64,000 nucleotides of DNA from an uncultured Alphaproteobacteria bacterium (lineage in GTDB: Bacteria > Pseudomonadota > Alphaproteobacteria > SHNJ01): the NCBI GenBank assembly GCA_964647725.1, contig CAZYJI010000001.1, positions 74,264 through 138,263 of the forward strand, in the 5' to 3' direction. Position numbers and translations under genes: made by a program. Positions 49,011 through 59,121 of the stretch are shown here, piece after piece (the first letter of the stretch is position 1; every line of letters starts with the position of its first letter). The notes beneath the pieces are model-generated. The model was not told the origin of the DNA. It was given only the letters and a program-made list of their open reading frames with translations, and searched no databases.

Positions 49011-49808
49011 TTAAACAAACCAGATTAAAATCGCTGCACCCAGCGCGATGCGGTAAATCACGAATATTTTTAACGACGCGTGCTGTAGCAGCCGCATCAT
49101 AAACGCGATCGCAGCAAAGCCGAACAAGAACGACAATCCGATACCCATCGCGAGTTCATTCACCGGAACCGGTGCGGTCGATTCCATAAAATCTTTTCCC
49201 GCAAGCAATGCAGCGCCGCCGATGGTCGGGATTGCCAGCAACATCGAAAACCGCGCTGCTTCGGGCCGGTTGATGCCCAAGAATCTGGCGGTGGTAATGG
49301 TGATGCCGGAACGGCTGACGCCTGGAATGATTGCAATTGCTTGCGCTAAACCGATTAACAAAACATTGCGCCAATTTAAATGTTCCAATTGCTTGACCAT
49401 CGAACTGTACCGGTCGGCAATCCACATCAATACGGCGAATACAATTAAATTGATCGCGATAAAATGCGGCGAACGCAAACCGTCCGGATAGAAATGCTTG
49501 TAAATAAGGCCGAATATAATTGCCGGAATGGTTGCGATGATCAAATAAACCGCCAGGCGAATGCCCAGATTGGTTTGGCGCGTCATGAACCAATCGATGC
49601 TGTCGCCGATAATCATCGCGACATCTTTGCGGAAATAGCACAATACCGCCAGCAGCGTGCCAAAATGCACGGCGATGTCGAAATGCAGGCCTTGGTCCGT
49701 CCAGCCGGTAAAAAACGGCACCAGAATCAAATGCCCCGAACTGCTGACGGGTAAAAATTCGGTCAGGCCTTGCACGGCGGCAAGAATAAGGATCTGTAAA
49801 AAAGTCAT
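49011..49808 (-). CDS. uppP: Undecaprenyl-diphosphatase UppP/BacA
   Basis: N-terminus MTFLQILILAAVQGLTEFLPVSSSGHLIL and eight TM segments. Confidence 0.9.
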   Translation of the reverse strand: MTFLQILILAAVQGLTEFLPVSSSGHLILVPFFTGWTDQGLHFDIAVHFGTLLAVLCYFRKDVAMIIGDSIDWFMTRQTNLGIRLAVYLIIATIPAIIFGLIYKHFYPDGLRSPHFIAINLIVFAVLMWIADRYSSMVKQLEHLNWRNVLLIGLAQAIAIIPGVSRSGITITTARFLGINRPEAARFSMLLAIPTIGGAALLAGKDFMESTAPVPVNELAMGIGLSFLFGFAAIAFMMRLLQHASLKIFVIYRIALGAAILIWFV

Positions 49809-49944
49809 GCGGCAAACCTATCGCGGAAAATATTGGGCGTAAAGCGGTAATCTCAGTTTCGTATAATCATCAACAATAAACAATATTGTGGCGGAAATAT
49901 TTTTCTCTCTATACGATCGTACGTTTCCTCTATACCCTAGGCAA

Positions 49945-50613
49945 ATGCGCACTTTATACCATATTTGGTTGTCCCCGTTTTGCCGTAAGGTCCGTTTTTA
50001 CATGGCGGAAAAATCCTTGCCGTTCGAATTGAAGGTCGAGAAAATTTGGGAACGCCGCGCCGAATTTTTTACCCTCAATCCCGCTGGCGAAGTTCCGGTG
50101 CTGGTCGATCAAGACGGCAAGGCGATTGTCGACGCCAATGCGATTTGCGAATATCTTGAGGAAACTTATACCAGCCCGAATTTGATGGGCCACGATGCGC
50201 ATGCGCGCGCGGAAACCCGCCGTTTGATTGCGTGGTTCGATGGAAAATTCAACCGCGAGGTCAGCGCGTATCTGGTCGATGAAAAAATGATGAAGCGTTT
50301 TGTGGGATTGGGCGAGCCGAACTCGCACGCAATCCGCGCCGGCAAGGCGAATATCGGGCATCATCTCGACTATATTTCTTATCTGATCGAGCGGCGCAAC
50401 TGGCTTTCGGGCGATCAATTTTCGCTGGCCGATATCGCGGCGGCAGCGCATTTATCCTGCATCGATTATCTGGGCGATGTGCCGTGGGACAATCATCCCG
50501 TCGCCAAGCAATGGTATATGCGGATCAAATCGCGCCCGGCGTTTCGCGGGCTTTTAGCCGATCATATTCCTGGCGTGCCGCCGCCTAAACACTACGCGCA
50601 GTTGGATTTTTAA
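49945..50613 (+). CDS. Glutathione S-transferase family protein
   Basis: Thioredoxin-like N-terminal domain (LYHIWLSPFCRKVRFYMAEKSLPFEL...GEVPVL) plus a helical C-terminal domain. Internal Met start of ORF 49888..50613. Confidence 0.75.
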   Translation: MRTLYHIWLSPFCRKVRFYMAEKSLPFELKVEKIWERRAEFFTLNPAGEVPVLVDQDGKAIVDANAICEYLEETYTSPNLMGHDAHARAETRRLIAWFDGKFNREVSAYLVDEKMMKRFVGLGEPNSHAIRAGKANIGHHLDYISYLIERRNWLSGDQFSLADIAAAAHLSCIDYLGDVPWDNHPVAKQWYMRIKSRPAFRGLLADHIPGVPPPKHYAQLDF

Positions 50614-50643
50614 AAATGTTCCATGCGGAACATTTGGGTACGC

Positions 50644-51495
50644 TTACTTTGTTATTAGCTCTTCCACAGCGCCAATAATCATTTGAATATCCTGCGGCCG
50701 GCTTAAACGGTGATCGCCGTCTTTGACCAAATGCAATTGCACATTTTTGCTTTCGACTTTTTCCAAAATCCGGCGCGAGAGTTCACACGGCACATCCACA
50801 TCATTCATGCCGTGAATCAAACGGATCGGGCAGATGATCGGCAATGTTTCTCGCGTCAGCAACAAATGCTTGCGGCCATCCTCGATCAATTGCTTAGTAA
50901 ACGGCGTCGGTTGGTCGTCATATTGCGGCGGCTCGTAAAACACGCCGTCTTTCAATAATTTTTCACGGGCGCCCTCGCTGATACAATTCCAAATCAATTC
51001 TTCGGTGAAATCAGGCGCGCTGGCGATGCCAACCAATCCGGCCACGCGTTCCGGGCGCAGCAAGGCGAGATGCAAAATAATCCATCCTCCCATGCTGGAT
51101 CCAACCAGAATTTGCGGCCCCGTGGTGTGGTGATCCAAAATATATAAAGCGTCTTTGACCCACTGGCCGATCGTGCCGTCAATAAATTTTCCATCCGATC
51201 GCCCATGGCCGCTGTAATCGAATCGCGTCAATCCATGCCCGGTTCTGTGCGCCCATTCGGCCAGCGCAGTCGCCTTGCTGCCATTCATGTCGGACCGGAA
51301 ACCGGTTAAAAATAAAACGCCTGGCGATGCTTGTTTATCGGTCGCCGCCGCCGTGGTTTGATAGGCCAGCCGATGCGGCTTGGCCGGGGCGTAAAGAACG
51401 TTTTGATTCAAGGGCGTTTTCAGCTGAAAATTGGGGTTATTCATCACTATTTCCAAGGTTTTCGGGGCGCATTGGTCGATATGCTTATACCGCAA
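50644..51495 (-). CDS. Alpha/beta-fold hydrolase
   Basis: Nucleophile elbow GSSMGG and a HG-containing N-terminal motif (VLFLTGFRSD). Confidence 0.7.
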   Translation of the reverse strand: MRYKHIDQCAPKTLEIVMNNPNFQLKTPLNQNVLYAPAKPHRLAYQTTAAATDKQASPGVLFLTGFRSDMNGSKATALAEWAHRTGHGLTRFDYSGHGRSDGKFIDGTIGQWVKDALYILDHHTTGPQILVGSSMGGWIILHLALLRPERVAGLVGIASAPDFTEELIWNCISEGAREKLLKDGVFYEPPQYDDQPTPFTKQLIEDGRKHLLLTRETLPIICPIRLIHGMNDVDVPCELSRRILEKVESKNVQLHLVKDGDHRLSRPQDIQMIIGAVEELITK

Positions 51496-51525
51496 AATTA
51501 CGTTTTATGCTATGAATTGGCAATT

Positions 51526-52698
51526 ATGAATTTAGTCGTTTCGCAAAAATCGCCCACTATTTTGCAAATCCTGCCCGCGCTGATCAGCGGTGGGGTGGAA
51601 CGTGGCACGGTCGATATGACCGCGTATCTGGTGCAACAGGGATGGAATGCAATCGTAGTATCTTCCGGCGGGCCGATGGCGCGCGAAGTCGAAAGCAAGG
51701 GCGGCACGCACATTACCTTGTCGGCGGATTCCAAAAATCCTTTGCAAATTTTATGGAACGCGCGGGTGTTATCGAAAATCATCCGCGATCATAATGTCGA
51801 TATTATTCATGCCCGTTCGCGTGCCCCGGCGTGGAGTGCGTTTCGGGCCGCGCGCAAAACCGGTATTCCATTCGTAACGTCTTTTCACGGCACCTATAAT
51901 TTTACCGGAAAAATCAAACGCTGGTATAACGGTATTATGACGCGCGGCGCGCGCATTATCGCGGTGTCGCATTTTATCGAATCGCATATCGTTGCAAATT
52001 ACGGCATCGATCCTGCGAAAATCGATGTGGTTCCGCGCGGCATCGATTTGGTGCGGTTTGATCCCGTCCGCGTGCATCGCGACCGGGTGATTAAACTCGC
52101 CAGCGAATGGAATATTCCCGATGACAAGCCTATTATTATGCTCCCCGGCCGTATCAGCCGCTGGAAAGGTCAGCGCGAATTGTTATTGGCGTTATCGAAA
52201 TTGCCGCATAAAAATTTCTACTGCGTGATGATCGGATCGGATCACGGCCATGAATCATACCGCCAGGAAATTGAACGTCTGGTCGGCGAATTGGGCCTTG
52301 AAGGTTCGGTCAAATGGGCCGGCGAATGCAAGGACATGCCAGCCGCGTATTTGTTGGCCGATGTGGTTGTGTCCGCCAGCCAGGAACCGGAAGCATTTGG
52401 CCGCGTTGTGGTCGAGGCGCAAGCGATGGGCCGCCCGGTAATCGCAACCAACCATGGCGGATCGGCTGAAACCATTATCGATGGCGAAACCGGATTATTA
52501 TATCCAGTCGACGATATCGATGCGTTATCGCAAATGATCGGCAAAGTATTGACGTTGAATGCCCAGGCGCGCGAAAGACTCGCGGAAATGCAAATCGCGC
52601 ATGCGCGCGCGCATTACAGCCGTGAGCAAATGTGCGAAGGCGAATTCGCCGTATACCAAAAAGTTTTAAATCAGAAATCCGTTTCACAAGCAGCATAG
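51526..52698 (+). CDS. Glycosyltransferase family 4/GT-B (group 1) protein
   Basis: GT-B fold with a C-terminal EX7E-like region (EAFGRVVVEAQAMGRPVIATNHGGSAETI). Start taken at the internal ATG 51526 (MNLVVSQKSPTILQIL). Confidence 0.8.
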   Translation: MNLVVSQKSPTILQILPALISGGVERGTVDMTAYLVQQGWNAIVVSSGGPMAREVESKGGTHITLSADSKNPLQILWNARVLSKIIRDHNVDIIHARSRAPAWSAFRAARKTGIPFVTSFHGTYNFTGKIKRWYNGIMTRGARIIAVSHFIESHIVANYGIDPAKIDVVPRGIDLVRFDPVRVHRDRVIKLASEWNIPDDKPIIMLPGRISRWKGQRELLLALSKLPHKNFYCVMIGSDHGHESYRQEIERLVGELGLEGSVKWAGECKDMPAAYLLADVVVSASQEPEAFGRVVVEAQAMGRPVIATNHGGSAETIIDGETGLLYPVDDIDALSQMIGKVLTLNAQARERLAEMQIAHARAHYSREQMCEGEFAVYQKVLNQKSVSQAA

Positions 52699-52707
52699 AG
52701 GTTTATC

Positions 52708-53589
52708 ATGCGCAATCATCTTCTTACCCTCGCAATTGCCGTTGTTATGTGTTGGTTGTTGGTCCAAGCAACCTTGCCCAAGATCAATGAAATTCTGCCC
52801 GCGCATGTGGTGAAAGAAACCGCGTTTGACCGCGTTATGCGTACGAAAACATTGCGATGTGCCTATATCGTTTATCCACCCGAAACAATCATGGATCCCA
52901 ATACCAAGAAATTATCCGGAACCGTAGTAGATAATACCGAAGAGGTTGGTCGCCAACTGGGTTGGAAAATTGAGTGGGTCCAAGAAGTCGGTTTTACCGA
53001 CATGTTTACCGGAGTGCATTCGGGATTATATGATGCTCTTTGCGCAGGATTGTATGAAAATCCAGCGCGAGCAAAAGAAGCCTTATTCAGTATACCGGTC
53101 AATTATGGCGTTACCTATGCCTATACGCGCGCCGGTGAAGTGCGTTTTGATTCTGACAGAAAAGCAATCAATAATGAGGCGGTAAAAATCGCGGTGGTAG
53201 ACGGAGAAATCAGTCAATTTCTTGCCGCTGAACTTTTTCCCAAGGCGCAGGTTTTTTCGTTACCTAATTTAAGCGATATATCGCAGGTAATGGAATCTGT
53301 TGCAACCGGCAAGGCTGATGTAGCTTTTTTGCAGAAGAAACCGGCTGATTTTTATATTCGCAATAATTCTGATAAAATAAAAATCATTGGCGGCGGACCG
53401 GTGAGGGCCTTTCCGGCGCCGCTGTTAGCGGTTAATAAAAATGAAACCCAATTAAAGGAAACTATCGATGCCGCATTACGCACCATGCATCTAAATGGTT
53501 TCGTGGAAACGACATTAAGAAAATACGATGCAGATTTGGAATCTTATTTCTTGGTCGCCAAACCTTATCAAGCGCCAGAAACAAAATAG
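52708..53589 (+). CDS. SBP_bac_3-type solute-binding domain protein with N-terminal membrane anchor (orphan, paralog 1)
   Basis: SBP_bac_3 motifs (TLRCAY..PP, DPNT..LSG, tandem lobes). N-terminal TM/signal MRNHLLTLAIAVVMCWLLV. No cognate permease or ATPase nearby. Confidence 0.65.
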   Translation: MRNHLLTLAIAVVMCWLLVQATLPKINEILPAHVVKETAFDRVMRTKTLRCAYIVYPPETIMDPNTKKLSGTVVDNTEEVGRQLGWKIEWVQEVGFTDMFTGVHSGLYDALCAGLYENPARAKEALFSIPVNYGVTYAYTRAGEVRFDSDRKAINNEAVKIAVVDGEISQFLAAELFPKAQVFSLPNLSDISQVMESVATGKADVAFLQKKPADFYIRNNSDKIKIIGGGPVRAFPAPLLAVNKNETQLKETIDAALRTMHLNGFVETTLRKYDADLESYFLVAKPYQAPETK

Positions 53590-53600
53590 GAAAAAATAAC

Positions 53601-54485
53601 ATGATGAAACCGCATTTATTGACGCTCGCCTTGGCGGTGATTATCGCCTGGCTGATGATGCAATCTTATCAAAGCGTTACCAAACGCCACACTGGCGCGG
53701 AAATTGGCGGCGCGTATGAACGGGTGATCAAAACCGGCACGTTGCGTTGCGCCTATAGTTTGTGGGAACCGGCGGTGATGCGCGACCCCAATACTGGCGA
53801 GATGTCCGGCGTGATTTACGATTTCATGCAAGAAGTCGGTAAGGCGTTGAATGTAAAGGTGGAATATAGTTTGGAAGTGCCATGGGATTCCGTTCCGACC
53901 GCGCTGAAAACCGGCAAGGCCGATGCGCATTGCGCCGGTATTTGGGCCACCGCCGTGCGCGGCCGGGTGATGACGTTCAGTAATCCTTTGTTTTTCTCGC
54001 CCGTTGTGGCGTTTGCCCGCGCCGATGATGGGCGGTTCAATTTCAATTCCGAACGCATCAATCAAGCCGATGTAACGGTTGCGATTTCGGATGACGATAT
54101 TACCACCGAAATTTATACGCGCGATTTCCCGAACGCGAAAAAATTCGAATTGCCGTTATTCTCCCCGCCCGAAGAATTATTTTTGGCGCTGGCCACCAAA
54201 AAGGCCGATGTAACGATCAACAATCCGGCCCGCTTGCAAACTTTTAATAAAAATAATCCGGATCAAGTCAAAGTAATTCCCGATTACGCGCCATTGCGGA
54301 TTTTTCCAAACGTGATCGCGGTCGATATTCGCGAGGCGCAATTGCAGTCGATGTTGAACACCGCGATTGACCAAACATTGAACAGCAACGTGATGCAAAA
54401 AATCGCCGCCAAATATAAGGCCAAAGGATTCGATATGAGTTTTATGGTCGCCGCCAACCCTGCCTATTCATGGGAGGGGCATTGA
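53601..54485 (+). CDS. SBP_bac_3-type solute-binding domain protein with N-terminal membrane anchor (orphan, paralog 2)
   Basis: Paralog of the upstream gene (MMKPHLLTLALAVIIAWLMM; TLRCAYSLWEP; DPNTGEMSG). Tandem duplication. Confidence 0.65.
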   Translation: MMKPHLLTLALAVIIAWLMMQSYQSVTKRHTGAEIGGAYERVIKTGTLRCAYSLWEPAVMRDPNTGEMSGVIYDFMQEVGKALNVKVEYSLEVPWDSVPTALKTGKADAHCAGIWATAVRGRVMTFSNPLFFSPVVAFARADDGRFNFNSERINQADVTVAISDDDITTEIYTRDFPNAKKFELPLFSPPEELFLALATKKADVTINNPARLQTFNKNNPDQVKVIPDYAPLRIFPNVIAVDIREAQLQSMLNTAIDQTLNSNVMQKIAAKYKAKGFDMSFMVAANPAYSWEGH

Positions 54486-55474
54486 GCAATATCCTAGTTA
54501 TCAAACATTCCGCCCTTGGCGATTTTGTCCTCGCCACTGGGCCGATGAAGGCGATCCGCGCACATTATCCGGACGCGCATATCACCTTGCTGACCACCAA
54601 AACATTTGCGGGGTGGGGGCGGGATTGCGGCTGGTTTAACGATGTAATCGTCGATTCGCGCGCACCGATTTCCAAATTCAATCAATGGCTGGATTTACGC
54701 GCCGATGTACGCGGACGCAAATTCGATATGGTTTATGATTTACAAACTTCCAACCGCACCAATTTATATTTTTATTTCTGGCAACCGCATAAAATGAAAT
54801 GGAATGGCGCGGCGAAATTGGCATCGCATCCGCACACCAATCCCAATCGTGCCGAAATGCACACCACCGACCGTCACCGCGAACAATTGGCATTATCGGG
54901 CATTACCGATGTGCCTGCGCCCAATTTGGATTGGATGCGCGCCGATATTTCGAAATTCAATTTGAACAAACATTATGTGTTGTTGGTTCCAGGTGGTTCG
55001 GCACACCGTCCGCAAAAACGCTGGCCGGTCGAACATTATATAAAGACGGCGGAATTTATTAACGCCGGTGGGGCCATACCGGTATTACTGGGCGCTACCG
55101 CCGATTTGGATGTAGTAGAACCGATTGCCGCCGCTTGTCCATATGCCGTGAACCTTTTGAATAAAACCAATTTTGCTGAAATCGTCGAATTGGGCCGGCA
55201 TGCGGCGGCGGCGATTGGCAACGATACCGGACCTATGCATATGGTTGCCCCGACCGGTTGCCCATCGATTGTGCTGTTTTCCCATGATTCCGATCCGGCA
55301 CGCTGCGCCCCAAAAGGGCCGGGAACAGGCCAAAATGTTACAATTTTGCGCGAATATCACTTGAAAGACTTGCATCCAGGCGCAGTTCTTGCCATTCTAG
55401 GCCCCTTATTAACAAATAATCTGAGGCACAATGGCGCCCCTAGCGCAATCGCAAGCAGCGCAGCAAACGCGTAG
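54470..55474 (+). CDS. Glycosyltransferase family 9 (LPS heptosyltransferase-like)
   Basis: N-terminus [35 protein letters not shown] and a C-terminal [11 protein letters not shown] motif are typical of RfaC/RfaF-family heptosyltransferases. Confidence 0.8.
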   Translation: MGGALSNILVIKHSALGDFVLATGPMKAIRAHYPDAHITLLTTKTFAGWGRDCGWFNDVIVDSRAPISKFNQWLDLRADVRGRKFDMVYDLQTSNRTNLYFYFWQPHKMKWNGAAKLASHPHTNPNRAEMHTTDRHREQLALSGITDVPAPNLDWMRADISKFNLNKHYVLLVPGGSAHRPQKRWPVEHYIKTAEFINAGGAIPVLLGATADLDVVEPIAAACPYAVNLLNKTNFAEIVELGRHAAAAIGNDTGPMHMVAPTGCPSIVLFSHDSDPARCAPKGPGTGQNVTILREYHLKDLHPGAVLAILGPLLTNNLRHNGAPSAIASSAANA

Positions 55475-55475
55475 T

Positions 55476-57407
55476 ATGATCAAAATTACTTTACCCGACG
55501 GCAATGTTCGGGAATATCCTGCGGCAACCACCGGTTTCGATATCGCCAGTTCTATATCCAAATCGCTCGCGAAAAACGCGGTGACGATCAAGGTAAATGG
55601 CGAAATGTGGGATTTGTCCCGCGCCATTGAACAAGACGCAAAAATCAATATCATCACCCGCGATTCCGAAGAAGCATTGGGCGTGATCCGCCACGATTGC
55701 GCGCACATCATGGCCGAAGCGGTGCAAGAATTATTCCCGGAAACCCAGGTCACGATCGGCCCGAATATTGAAAATGGTTTCTTTTACGATTTCTTCCGCG
55801 AAAAACCGTTTACCACCGAAGATTTGGCGGTAATCGAAAAACGCATGAAAGAAATCGTCGCGCGTGATGAACAAATCGCCCGCGAAGTTTGGGACCGCAA
55901 CGAAGCGATTAAATTTTTTGAATCCAAGGGCGAGAAATTCAAGGCGGAAATTATCCGCGATTTGCCGGAAACCGAAACCATTACCTGTTATCGCCAGGGC
56001 AAGTTTATCGATCTTTGCCGCGGACCGCATATGTCGTCGACATCCAAAACCGGCACCGCGTTTAAATTGATGAAGGTCGCGGGCGCATATTGGCGCGGCG
56101 ATCACCGCAACGCGCAATTACAGCGTATTTACGCAACCGCGTGGGCGGATCAGAAACAACTGGATGCGTATTTGCACCAATTGGCCGAAGCCGAACGCCG
56201 TGATCACCGCCGCATCGGCAAGGAAATGCAATTATTCCATCTGCAAGAAGAAGCGGTGGGGAGCATTTTCTGGCATCCAAAGGGCTGGACCTTTTACCGT
56301 ATTCTGGAAAATTATATCCGCGACCGGATCACACCGGCCGGTTATGTCGAAGTCAACACGCCGACCCTTGTCGATCGTTCGTTATGGGAAGCATCCGGCC
56401 ACTGGGAAAAATTCCGCGAAAATATGTTCACGATCAATGTCGAAGATGAAAAAGTTCTCGCGTTGAAACCGATGAACTGCCCATGCCATGTGCAAATTTT
56501 CAAACAAGGCATTAAATCTTATCGCGATCTGCCGTTACGCATGGCGGAATTCGGATCTTGTCACCGCAACGAATCGTCTGGTTCGATGCACGGCATTATG
56601 CGCATCCGCGCCTTTAAACAGGATGACGCGCATATTTTCTGTACGCCCGATCAAATTATTTCTGAATCTCAGGCATTTTGTTCGTTATTGCTCGATGTTT
56701 ACAAAGATTTCGGTTTCAACGATGTGCGCGTAAAATTTTCGGATCGCCCGGAAAAACGCGCGGGATCCGATGCGATTTGGGACCGCGCCGAAGCCGCGCT
56801 TAAATCCGCGGTCGAAGCAGCCGGATTGCCTTATACATTGAACCCCGGCGAAGGCGCGTTTTACGGCCCGAAACTGGAATTCGTATTGCGCGACGCGATT
56901 GGCCGCGATTGGCAATGCGGTACATTGCAGGTGGATTTCGTTCTTCCCGAACGCCTCGATGCCGAATATGTCGGCGAAGACGGGCAAAAACACCGCCCCG
57001 TAATGTTGCACCGCGCGATTTTGGGATCGCTAGAACGATTTATCGGTATTTTGATCGAACAATATGCGGGACGCTTGCCATTATGGCTGGCGCCCACGCA
57101 AATCGTGATTGCAACCATCGTATCCGATGCCGATCATTTTGCCGAAGAAATCGAAAGCAAATTGTTCAAAATGGGTCTGCGCGCGGAATCGGATTTACGC
57201 AACGAATCGATCAATTACAAAGTGCGCGAACATTCCTTGGCCAAAGTGCCGATGATGATGGTTTTGGGCAAACGCGAAGCGGCGGAACGCAAAGTGACGC
57301 TGCGCTATTTGGGCAGCGACGGCCAGGATAAGCAAGAAACGCTGGATCTGGATCAGGCGCTGGATAAATTGAAATTGCTTGCAACCCCGCCGCATTTAAA
57401 ATCATGA
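55476..57407 (+). CDS. thrS: Threonyl-tRNA synthetase
   Basis: TGS N-terminal domain ([24 protein letters not shown]), a class II core (motif 2 [27 protein letters not shown], motif 3 [16 protein letters not shown]) and an anticodon-binding C-terminus. Confidence 0.92.
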   Translation: MIKITLPDGNVREYPAATTGFDIASSISKSLAKNAVTIKVNGEMWDLSRAIEQDAKINIITRDSEEALGVIRHDCAHIMAEAVQELFPETQVTIGPNIENGFFYDFFREKPFTTEDLAVIEKRMKEIVARDEQIAREVWDRNEAIKFFESKGEKFKAEIIRDLPETETITCYRQGKFIDLCRGPHMSSTSKTGTAFKLMKVAGAYWRGDHRNAQLQRIYATAWADQKQLDAYLHQLAEAERRDHRRIGKEMQLFHLQEEAVGSIFWHPKGWTFYRILENYIRDRITPAGYVEVNTPTLVDRSLWEASGHWEKFRENMFTINVEDEKVLALKPMNCPCHVQIFKQGIKSYRDLPLRMAEFGSCHRNESSGSMHGIMRIRAFKQDDAHIFCTPDQIISESQAFCSLLLDVYKDFGFNDVRVKFSDRPEKRAGSDAIWDRAEAALKSAVEAAGLPYTLNPGEGAFYGPKLEFVLRDAIGRDWQCGTLQVDFVLPERLDAEYVGEDGQKHRPVMLHRAILGSLERFIGILIEQYAGRLPLWLAPTQIVIATIVSDADHFAEEIESKLFKMGLRAESDLRNESINYKVREHSLAKVPMMMVLGKREAAERKVTLRYLGSDGQDKQETLDLDQALDKLKLLATPPHLKS

Positions 57408-57658
57408 TTACTTTTGGACACGGTATTATTTCCGCTGTTCGCGCTGGCGAAAGCGTTTTTATTAACCACTAATGGAGACTGACGATCAATAAACCACCTT
57501 TTCAAAACCGCCCTTATCGCCCCGCCGGAACCGGCGGCGGCCCGCGCCCACCTGGATCCGGATTTTCCGGTCCGCGCCCATCCGGCCCACGTCCACAACG
57601 ACCAAACCGCGATGAAGAAGGCAGCCGCGAACGCGAAGGCAAGGATGACGGTTATCGT

Positions 57659-58156
57659 ATCAATGGCCGCATTCGCGCCGCTGAAGTGCGCTTGATTGGC
57701 CCGGATGCCGAGATGCTGGGCGTTGTGCCAACGCGCGATGCGCTGGTCAAAGCGCAGGAATTTGGTTTGGATCTGGTTGAAATTTCGCCGAACGCCGCAC
57801 CGCCCGTGTGCAAAATCATGGATTTCGGCAAATTCAAATACGAAGAACAGAAAAAGAAAAAAGAAGCCAAGAAAAAACAAAAAGTGATCGAGATCAAGGA
57901 AATGAAACTGCGTCCGCAGATTTCACAGCATGATCTGGAAATCAAAATCAAGCACATGCGCGAATTTTTAGAAGAAGGCGATAAAGTAAAGGTTTCGATG
58001 CGCCTTCGCGGACGTGAAGCGGCGGCGAATGCAAAATTGGCCCAAGCCGTATTCGCGCAAATTCAAACCGATCTCGCCGGCGTCGGCAAGGCCGAATCCG
58101 AACCAAGATCGGAAATGGGCGGCATGATCGTGATGATGGTCGTTCCGGAAAAATAA
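57659..58156 (+). CDS. infC: Translation initiation factor IF-3 (non-AUG start; exact start uncertain)
   Basis: ORF track 57686(GTG)..58156. The conserved IF-3 N-terminal residues GYRINGRIRAAEV are encoded in-frame upstream of the GTG, with no in-frame ATG back to the stop at 57491. The GTG at 57686 (the ORF-track start) remains a candidate, and ATC 57659 / ATT 57671 are alternative upstream candidates. The IF3 core is VRLIGPDAEMLGVVPTRDALVKAQEFGLDLVEISPNAAPPVCKIMDFGKFKYE. Confidence 0.75.
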   Translation: MNGRIRAAEVRLIGPDAEMLGVVPTRDALVKAQEFGLDLVEISPNAAPPVCKIMDFGKFKYEEQKKKKEAKKKQKVIEIKEMKLRPQISQHDLEIKIKHMREFLEEGDKVKVSMRLRGREAAANAKLAQAVFAQIQTDLAGVGKAESEPRSEMGGMIVMMVVPEK

Positions 58157-58175
58157 GACTTATCGCGTATAAAAT

Positions 58176-58904
58176 TTAGGCGCGGCGATCCGGTTCGTCG
58201 CGACCACGGCTGATGATTGCTCGTTGCACCATATGATCCGATATTCTTAATGATGGGCGCATTTGATGGTGCCCAGGTCTTGATGGTGCCGGTGGCGGGC
58301 TTTGCCGTTTTTCATAAGAATCGGTTATGGTCAGTCTTTTTCCATTGGTTTCCGCGGAAGTCAAATCGGAACGAACCCGCTTAACGCGGCTATGAGTGAC
58401 TTGCGCGGCCTTGGCTGACGATAAACGCACCAATTCCGATAATTCGGCGGCGTTGGCATCCAGAATATTTTGCGAATCCAATAACGTTTGCAAATCCGCG
58501 CGAAGGCCCTGGAATTTTGGCTCGCTTAAATGTTCGCGAAACTCCGCTTTTGTCCTAATCTCCATGATACTATCTGCAGACGTGGGCGCGGCATGTGCGA
58601 TTTGTAAAGAATCATCCGGGTCGTACGATTCATCGGCGTAATAACCTTGCGAGGAATGGTCTTTGGTAAAATAATCCCTGGCGACTTCCCAGGCTTTTTG
58701 ATTGAAATCCAGCCGCTCTTTTTCAATAAGGCCAAATTGAATCTTACCGTTATGGTCGATGAAAATGATTTGGGCATCCGGGTCCTCGGCATGCTCATGG
58801 GCCAGCAACCAGCCGCAAATATTTTTGGAACGGTTCCACCGTATAACCGGCTTGAACCCCAAATCGTCCAATGTCGTTGCTTGCTGTATGGCTTCTTGCG
58901 CCAT
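58176..58904 (-). CDS. Hypothetical protein (242 aa)
   Basis: ORF on the opposite strand between infC and rpmI. No recognisable motif. Confidence 0.45.
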   Translation of the reverse strand: MAQEAIQQATTLDDLGFKPVIRWNRSKNICGWLLAHEHAEDPDAQIIFIDHNGKIQFGLIEKERLDFNQKAWEVARDYFTKDHSSQGYYADESYDPDDSLQIAHAAPTSADSIMEIRTKAEFREHLSEPKFQGLRADLQTLLDSQNILDANAAELSELVRLSSAKAAQVTHSRVKRVRSDLTSAETNGKRLTITDSYEKRQSPPPAPSRPGHHQMRPSLRISDHMVQRAIISRGRDEPDRRA

Positions 58905-59121
58905 TAATCGTACCCTTCTTTTTCTAATACCCTATTGATATGTAATGATATTTTCCCCATTAATATTATATATTTTTCTTTATTAGATATATAAATTAAT
59001 CATAAAGATATATCAAGTGATTTTAAGCAGAGAATCACAGCATACCGGGGTCAAAAACCGAAATGGGGTAAAATGAGATTTAGAAGACTAAATCTTTTTT
59101 ATAATATTGATATGTAAGGAT

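Noticed and set aside
51331-51525. N-terminal 65-aa extension of the GT4 glycosyltransferase ORF, overlapping the alpha/beta-hydrolase gene start region
   Set aside because: The extension has no glycosyltransferase homology. The conserved N-terminus (MNLVVSQKSPTILQIL) starts at the internal ATG 51526.
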